From: Eledone cirrhosa
Taxonomy: Eukaryota
Direction of reading: 5' to 3'
NCBI GenBank assembly: GCA_964016885.1
Contig: OZ024741.1
Location: 108,624,001-108,688,000 of the forward strand
DNA length: 64,000 bases
Shown: in pieces, positions 54,721 to 64,000 of the stretch
Layout: every line of letters starts with the position of its first letter
Position numbering within the stretch: the first letter of the stretch is position 1
The notes under the pieces: generated by a model
Database searches by the model: none
What the model was told of the DNA's origin: nothing
The model's input: the letters and a program-made list of their open reading frames with translations, nothing else
Position numbers and translations under genes: made by a program

Positions 54721-55283
54721 ATGGCAGTAGCACTAAAACACTTTGAACATAGTAGGGATATATATGAAAATATATATAAATATGTAATATAGATTCATAT
54801 ACTATAAGCATGTCGGTAGACCCACTACTAAAGACAAATATATTTTCGTAACGGAACAATATATGTTTCTTTATTCTCCTCTTTGCATATTTAATAGAAT
54901 TGGCAGTATGGTTGGGAATGTCCGACAACGCTGTTTCAATATTTGTTAATCTTTGATCAGCGACATTCACTCATATTGGCATGGTAATAGACTAGAATTT
55001 GTATAGAATTTTACGTGATGAACCTTTACTGGAGAAAAGTGAGTGAGACGGAGGGGGGGGGGGGGTCTGCGGTATTGGGTTCAGCGAGAGCATACATCAT
55101 GGGAGTATTGAATGCATCGGGAGATGAGGAGTGGGTATAGAGAGGGGTTTGCACCCAACTGTGACGCCAAGCGGTTACGGCTTGTGTGTCCTCTTGAAAC
55201 ACTTCCTGAACACAGAAGTCGAAATCGCTTGGCATTGAGGTCGGATTCATACCCCCTCTCTCTCTTTCGCTCTCTTTCTTTCA

Positions 55284-55342
<59 letters not shown>

Positions 55343-55385
55343 CATATATATATATAGAGATAGATAGCTAGATAGATATATATAT

Positions 55386-55464
<79 letters not shown>

Positions 55465-55894
55465 GTGAAGAATATGGATAGATATATAGATAGATATACA
55501 TATATATCCATAAGCAATCGTATCTAAAGCGATCTATTCTATTCTTATTGACTAAAATATGTCATGTCCGGAAAGCTAGCCGTTTGATGTATGATCTAGG
55601 CTATCGCACAACTTCCGTCGACTCTAAACTGCAGACGTGATGATGTTGTTTTAAAATGGCATATAAATGGTTTTTGATGTCCAAGAAAATCAAACCTAAT
55701 ACTCCACCCCACCTCACTCTCTCTTTCCTTTGCAAGGTCAAAGTTGAGCGGGTAAGAGCTCTGAAATTTGAATTTTAGCATGCATCAAATGTAATTGAAA
55801 TTGATTACGGTAAAAAGTTGGGTATATGCATAATCCTCTATATTCATGCAGTCATATATGAATATGTACACATATTGTTAGATGTTAATGTGCA

Positions 55895-56200
55895 TTGGCT
55901 TATTGGTTAGAGCGTTGGATTCACAATTATGAAGTTATAATTTCGATTCCCGGAGCAAGCGGTGCGTTATCTCAATGAATAAGACACATTTCACATCGTT
56001 CCAGTTCACTCAACTGTAGAAATGAGTTCCGACGCCGCTAGTGCCAGGCTGCAACGGCCTTTGCTTTTCCTTTAGACAACATCGGTGGTTTGGAAAAGGG
56101 TAACTGGCATGCGTGGTAACTGCTCGTCTCCATGTTGTCCGAGCTTATGGTGCGGAAGACAAAACCTTTGGTAATACGTGACCAGATCGGTTGTTAAGAC
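55895..56200 (+). mobile_element. Second tRNA-derived SINE family (diverged)
   Basis: TGGCTTATTGGTTAG ... TTCGATTCC, then ccagttcactcaactgtagaaatgagt core. Confidence 0.6.
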
Positions 56201-56889
56201 TTTTGCTCAACGAAGAAAAAGCCATTTTTATATACTTATATAAAAACCTGTATGCATTTGTTAAACAATATTTATACATAGCAGTGCCGTAGAGTTACAG
56301 AATCACTATGGCGTCCAACAATCACGATAAGGGAATTAATTAGGCACGGCAACTGTTGTTTTGAGTTCAAGCCCCATCAAATTCAAACTAGACGTGTAAT
56401 TTCCATAAGAGATGGGGCATGTCAATTACTAAAATTGACATAATCCATTATAACATGTGCGACACAGTCATTTTTTCTTTTCAATGGCTGATAATACCTT
56501 ACCGGCGCCACTCGAGTGAGGTAATTATTTAACCCATAAATGGAGCCCTAACAGTTACTACTGCTCCAGATCAGAGCAGACCTGGGAGTGGTAATAACTA
56601 CGTGGTAACTCCACATTCGCCCACAGCTCCTGAACTTTTGAACTTCGGAACTGAGGCCTTGCCACTGTATGCAGTTTAATGTCATACCTAGGATATATAT
56701 ATATATTTATATATATACTAATGAGGCGGAGATTCGACTGCCAGCTCTGCCAGTTTCAGGTTGTAACCACGGCAAGATTCTTCAGAAGGAAATTGCCGAG
56801 AAATTGCAACCGCCCGAGCTTGTGGGCGAATATCCACTTTATTAGTAGACACACACACAATCTCTCTCTCTCTCTCCTTCTCTCTCTCC

Positions 56890-56923
<34 letters not shown>

Positions 56924-57324
56924 TAGAGTGTGTGTACGGAAGTGAGAGAAGAGAGAGATTTTATGTAAAGAGGAAAGAGAAGAGAGACATACATATCTCT
57001 GTTGTATATATATTAAGTGTATGTAAATAATCTATATAGACTTATGTAAATCTGTATATATTTTCTTGTATATGTGTATATGTGTGTGTATGCGTGGAGA
57101 AGTAAATTCTTATATAATCTTTTACCCTTCTTTAACTTTGCCTTATCTCTCTAACTCTTTATCTATCTGCCTGTGTACCTATCTCACTGTCTCTCTCTCC
57201 CTCTCTGTCCCTCTCTCTCCCTCTCTCCCTCTTTCTCTCCCTCTCTCTCTGTATATGTTTATATATATATATATACACACACACATATATATATATATGT
57301 ATATATGTATATATATATATATAT

Positions 57325-57485
57325 AACGAAGGAATTGTGGTAAGGAACCAGATTGACCATAACGCACCAGAGTACTCAATACTTAGGGTAGTAGAGTGGG
57401 TAATAGGAAAAGGTATGACCCCGACGGCAGAGCTCAAGCCCAGCCGTCGATACGGCTTGAGCTCTGCCGTCGGGGTCATACCTTT

Positions 57486-57490
<5 letters not shown>
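57325..57490. mobile_element. GAGCTC-loop HHR family fold-back in (TA)n
   Basis: ~34-bp arms 57408-57441 / 57455-57488; the left arm extends ~80 bp further. Confidence 0.8.
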
Positions 57491-57579
<89 letters not shown>

Positions 57580-58093
57580 TTCTCCTATTTCTCTCTACTC
57601 TTTACCCCTCCCTCCCTACCACCGCACCGCTTCCGCTTCATTATTTCATTCTTTTATTTCAAATTTCTTCTCATCCTCTCAGCTCTACTTTCCCTCATCT
57701 TTTTAGACTAGATTACTTTTCTACCTTGCTCTCTCGTACTCCCCGCAACACACATATCTCTACACACCGCCACTTTCTCTCTCTCTCTCACTGTCTATGT
57801 CTCTGTACATATAACCTCTCACACGCTTTCTTTCTTGGTCCTATTTCTTTCAATGTTCTAATACTTCCATTCATATTTCATTCTTTCTTGCTCTCTCTTT
57901 CATCCACTCACACTTTCTCACACACACAGACACTGTCTTACATATAAACACTGTCTCTCATACACACACCCCTTGTCTTTGTCTCTCACTCTATCTCTCC
58001 AACACACACGCTCTCTCATACGCACACACAACCTCTCTCTCTCTCCATATTTCTCTATATCTTCCATACACACATATTTCGCAATCACTCGGT

Positions 58094-58142
<49 letters not shown>

Positions 58143-58717
58143 ACTCACTCACTCACTCACTCTCTCGCTCTCTAAATCTCTCTCATTTTCTCTTCCACTT
58201 TTTTCTATCAAATTTATTTTCATCTCACTCTTTCATTTTTGTCTGTCTGTCCTTTTCTTCTTTCTGATTCTCTCTCTCTTTCTCTCTCTCTCGCCCCTCT
58301 CTCTCTCTCTGTTCTATATTTGGTATGCTTCTTCTACGACCCCACCACCAGCAACATTTCATTCTACCCTTTCTGATTACCTCACCTTCTTCCATTCCTT
58401 CTCTTACTATTCCTCCAACCCTCTGCATATGTTTCTCTCTTTCAGCTCTTCACCTTTCTATATCACTCTATCTTTACACTTCCTTTCTATCTCTATCACC
58501 CTCTTAATCTCTTTCTTTCTCCTTCCCCCTCTCTCTCTCCCTCACACACGCAATCTCGCTCTCTCTCTCTCTCCCTCACACACGCAATCTCTCCCTCTCT
58601 CCCTCTGTCTCTAGATATACCACTCAACCACATCAGTGTTGCGTTGGTTGTTATAGAAACACACTTAACAAGTAGTCGCTTAGATAATATCTCATTACTG
58701 TCAGGTTCGTTACCATT

Positions 58718-59005
58718 AACATCATCATCATCTTCATCATCGTCATCAACATCATCATCATCATCATGATAATCATCATCGTCATCATCAACATCATCAT
58801 CAACATCATCATCATCATCATCATCGTCATCATCATCATCATCATTATCGTCATTATCATCGTCATCATCGTCGGCGTCGTCGTTGTTATTGTCGCCATC
58901 GTTGTCATCGTGGCGTTCATCGTACCCCTTCAACACTTCCATAAAAATCGCCATCACCAACGCCATCACTAATATCAACATCACCATCACCATCACCATC
59001 ACCGG
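58718..59005. repeat. Degenerate (ATC)n microsatellite
   Basis: Seen directly. Confidence 0.9.
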
Positions 59006-59098
59006 CAACATTCTTATAATAACCGTTTTCATATAAAATTCTTAGAAAATCAACTACGATGGATTTTCTTGCCATGTATCCATATATGTGTGTGTGTG

Positions 59099-59172
<74 letters not shown>

Positions 59173-59180
59173 CACATTTT

Positions 59181-59881
<701 letters not shown>

Positions 59882-60122
59882 TTCTAATGGTAGCTAAGAT
59901 GTTTCCATAGGCGGTATGCCGGTTGAGCACTCTATGCTCCTACGGAGCAGAGTATGATAGAATGGAAAACGAAAAATCAGTGATGCATCGGAGTTCAATT
60001 TATTACGTGTTACAAATGTTTCCTCGGCGAAACAGCTCGAGGTGCGATCTGTACATGGATCGACCTGACTCTGGATTCACAGGTTCCTCGAACACGTCTA
60101 TTGATGTCGGAGCATATCCTCT

Positions 60123-60181
<59 letters not shown>

Positions 60182-60856
60182 CTCTGTCTCTCTGTCTGTC
60201 TGTTTCCTTATGCATTCTCAAAGGGCTCGACTAAATCAAATCAAACTTTACAAGGTATTAGACTACGGGATTAACAGTATGTCATTTTTATTTTCATTTG
60301 GATTAAAACAATATAACATTTTATTTAAAATAATCCTTCTATAGTCAACTATAAAACATACATTTTATAATACTACGACAACGATGACGTCTCATTTTGT
60401 ATATGTGTGTGCATGTCTCTGTGAGTGTGTGTTTTTTTTGCGCGTTCGTTACGTACATTAGGTCTTAATAAGTTGCATACATATTATCTTCATGTAAATA
60501 TTTAATCAAATACACAGATAATTAAACACACGCACATATCTACACATAGATATGTGTGTGATCATAGACGCACACTGTATTTAAGGTCGAGTGATGCAAT
60601 TTCGAGTGATCAGCGGCCTTTAGACTCACTTGATCAATGAAACAATTGTTAATACTGTAAATAAAACCCTTTTTGTACAGACAACCATTTTATTCTTCAC
60701 CCTTTCACTTCTATTACTCCAAGAATAACCTGCATGAGAATTCTCGCAAACTCGCTACCTAACAAAGGAAACCAAACAACGCCGTACGTTAAAACTATCC
60801 ATAGTACAGAGTACTCACAACCTCTAACTGGATTACCTAAAACGATAACTTGTTAG

Positions 60857-60920
<64 letters not shown>

Positions 60921-60932
60921 AGTGTGTGTGTC

Positions 60933-60967
<35 letters not shown>

Positions 60968-61226
60968 GTGTGTGTGTGAGTGTATGTGTGTGTCTGTGTG
61001 TGTGTGTACGCATATATATAAAGAGAGAGGAGTAGTGTAGTAAAATTTCCATAGTTAAAGAAAGTTACTCTATATATATAGAATTGGCTTCTATTGGATG
61101 AGAACTATATACGTATGAAATAATAAAGAAATATCACACACACACACACACACAGACACACAGACACACATACATATATATATATAAGTAGAAGTGGGTA
61201 TGTCTCTATTTATAAAATAAACTTTG

Positions 61227-61293
61227 TATTTTATCTGATGAAAGCGTACCCCAATGTTGTCTTGGTTACCCTTGAAATATATATAATAAAATA
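61227..61293 (+). ncRNA. Hammerhead ribozyme of the 11-kb / 49-kb family
   Basis: tattttat-CTGATGA-aagcgtaccccaa...ttggttaccctt-GAAA-tatata-TA-ataaaata. Confidence 0.75.
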
Positions 61294-61334
61294 AATATGG
61301 TTTTATAAATATAGTTTCCATTTATTTAATATCA

Positions 61335-61393
<59 letters not shown>

Positions 61394-61399
<6 letters not shown>

Positions 61400-62062
61400 A
61401 AGATCGGAATTAAGAGTATTCCGCAGTTCACTGTAATAATAATAATAGAATTAGCTCAAGGAAGGATAGAGAATTTCCTTCTGAGCTCAAATGCAAGTAT
61501 ATATTACACAAAGAGAAGTGTGTTACACAGTGAGATGTGTGTAAAGAATTATTACGAGTGGTTTTACCGTTACAGTATAGGGAACAACATCTACAGGTTA
61601 GCAATTCAGAATCAAAAACAATTCAGAATCAAATCTCTGGATTAGAGTTTTAAATCACAAACCCTATAACTATATTTTGCTGATACGAATCTCGTTCGTT
61701 TCACCACCTGTATGTGAAGTATATCAGGTCACAGGATGATCAGTCAGCGAATGCGAGCACTGAACACTACACATCTAACCTCATGGATAGAGAGATTGCT
61801 AATAGACACGCTGACCAGAGTGGGCGAAATCACGTGTTATTTGCATCAAATAACGGGAGCTCAGAAGGAAATTCTCTATCCTTCCTTGAGCTAATTCTAT
61901 TATTATTATTACAGTGAACTGCGGAATACTCTTAATTCCGATCTTTGTATACTTAATGAGCTCCAAATTGTTGAGCTAATAAATTCGAATGGTTGGGCTG
62001 CACTTTCTAGCGTCTTGCCCAATCCATGAGAGCCGTTATTTGATGCAAATAACACGTGATTT
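61394..62062. mobile_element. Element with interleaved inverted repeats
   Basis: A 61394-61488 / A' 61857-61951; B 61827-61856 / B' 62033-62062. Confidence 0.75.
61679..61748 (-). ncRNA. Hammerhead-like motif with a core variant (CTGATCA)
   Basis: gctga-CTGATCA-t cctgt...acagg tggt-GAAA-cgaa cgaga ttcg-TA-tcagc; all three stems pair. Confidence 0.55.
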
Positions 62063-63429
62063 GAGTTACTTAACACATCCAGAAAAAAAATTAAAAGCAA
62101 ACTTTCGAAAAGCAAACAGAATACACGAGAAATATGAAGCAAGTGATTTGTATAATTAGAAAATTGTTTATTTATATAGGCATTTTTAGGTGAAGTTGTA
62201 TTGCAAGGAAGCATATTGTTGGAAGATGGGCCTCCGCGGATTTAAAACAACAGTGCATAGCTAAAACGATAATATATGAATTACGTGTAAATATGAACAT
62301 TTTAACGTAATGTTGATATTCATCGAAAATATTTTACTCTCACAAAATTAAATGAGATCAACGCCAATAAAGTCATTTTTAGCATAAAATGACAAGCAAG
62401 TGTTGATATATGAACAAAAATATTATAAACCAATGTTGTTAACATCAATGTTCCCGTGTTAACTATAGTGTTTGCTTTTGACAGTGATCGGTCGAATATA
62501 TGTATAACAATTAATCGCTAGGGCTCGCGAGAAAAAATGTAAGTGAATCTAGTGGCCATAAGATAATTATTGTAATTCAATCTCGTAATAATTAATTTAC
62601 GCGAAGGAGTTTAATTTTTTTGTTTAAGTCTAACACGTACTAGTAGGTATAAGAGATAATTATATAAGGTGGAATACATAATTGGTTGTGATGATGAATT
62701 ATAAGGAACCGTAAAATATAATGTACCAAGAATATCAATTCATGTGTTGTAAGGAGTGTCAACATTTTGACAATTTTCATCAACTTCAAATTCTACGCAA
62801 ATTTCTCAGTCATATAATAGTGGGAGTCGGTTAATATTACTATTGACTTATATTCAGGTACATATGGTAACTAACTTTCTTACCAAGTTGGTGTTTGGTA
62901 CATAACTTACAATTGTAGGGAAGGAATGCCTATTATTATCAGTTCAATCACTTAAGAAATTTAATTAATACGGTATAATTATTAGTAAAGCCTGATTAAT
63001 AAACAATAGGAGTAATATTAGAGGGAAGTAATTGAAAAGGGAATATATTTATAGATTACCATAATACACTAAGCGGGATCATCGTTACTGTAATAGAAAG
63101 AATAAGAAATCCTGAGTAGGCAAGTAGAGGGAGTTTCAGATTTTCTATTTAAGATTGGTAAAGAGGCATTCAGGATAAGGAAGCGAGCTTGACGGACCAT
63201 ACCAAAATATTAGTGCATATTTCATTCTCATTGACTCTATTGCTATATATATGTGTGTGTGTGTGAGTGTGTGTGTATGTGTGTGTGTGTACTAGCGGTT
63301 ACCCGGTCTGTACTGTGAACAATGGGACATTAGCGAACCACAATTCCTCATTGGTTGTGGTAAGGGAGACACCGTATTTATACCTACAATGCCAACCGAT
63401 GTCCCCTTTCGTTTCAAACGACTGTTATA

Positions 63430-63990
63430 AAAAAGGCATGATAACTGCAACCTACTTTAATTCAAGGTTGTTTGCTAACATACCGGAATGCTCCAGTCTG
63501 TTAAGAAATTCAACTGGATAATAAGCAGGTTCAACCTCATCGATAGATTGATAGGTCTGGCTACCACCATGGACCATTTGTGACAGATTTTGATGATGGT
63601 ATTCACTGTGAGGTTTTGGGGTGCGAGGATTGCTCTTTCACACAGTCACTCCTCGGTGGAATAGGGGATTTCGAAATTGGGAAACACTTGATTAATTAAG
63701 TTTACAACGCTTTCAACAAACAGGATCAAATCATCATTCTGTACCAAGGGACAATTTGCCTTCACCAAGTTTCAGCAACATTTGAGCATCCTCTGCTAAA
63801 ATGCCGCCACCGTGATCTGTCACCTAAAATGTTGTCATCTAGTAGGGTTTAGCTTGTTTGCTTTAACATAGGAGATAAGACCTTATGTTGTCTGAAATTT
63901 CTCGCACAATTTCATTCCTTAAGTTCTTTAACTAGTTCTGTCAGTGCGAGAAAGGCCTAATAAATGCACATGTTCACCCGTTTCCACCAA
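63430..63990 (-). mobile_element. Helitron helicase fragment
   Basis: Minus strand AILAP, YPVEFLNRLEHSGM, NLELK and VIMPF remnants; homologous to 2020-2380. Confidence 0.75.
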
Positions 63991-64000
63991 TTTGTCTTCA

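Noticed and set aside
54898-55039. Possible host exon (pyrimidine tract-AG ... GTGAGT)
   Set aside because: Stops in all three frames; a non-coding exon cannot be judged without RNA data.
58496-59032. Poly-Asp ORF
   Set aside because: Reverse translation of a degenerate (ATC)n tract; no domain or exon evidence.

Overview
AT-rich eukaryotic DNA packed with microsatellites. It is probably an octopod cephalopod; this is an inference from the SINE type and repeat landscape, not a proven assignment. I found no host protein-coding gene I can support, and nearly all ORF-track entries are translations of (TA)n/(CA)n/(GA)n repeats. Recognisable content: (1) three diverged Tx1-clade LINEs, head to tail on the minus strand (16.9-33.1 kb), each bounded by (GATA)n; (2) a Naiad-like Penelope-like element (PLE; RT plus GIY-YIG) inside 1.3-kb inverted repeats, and a second PLE 3' fragment; (3) about 15 type I hammerhead ribozyme (HHR) motifs found by eye, from roughly ten sequence families, mostly in small non-coding elements lying in (TA)n as fold-backs with both 3' ends facing outward; (4) among these, a 471-bp tandem array with one HHR per unit and a 554-nt unit that starts at its predicted cleavage site, both resembling retrozymes; (5) tRNA-derived SINEs, RTE and R4/Dong 3' fragments, and Helitron helicase fragments. 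All ribozyme calls rest on motif and base-pairing inspection only; cleavage activity is untested.
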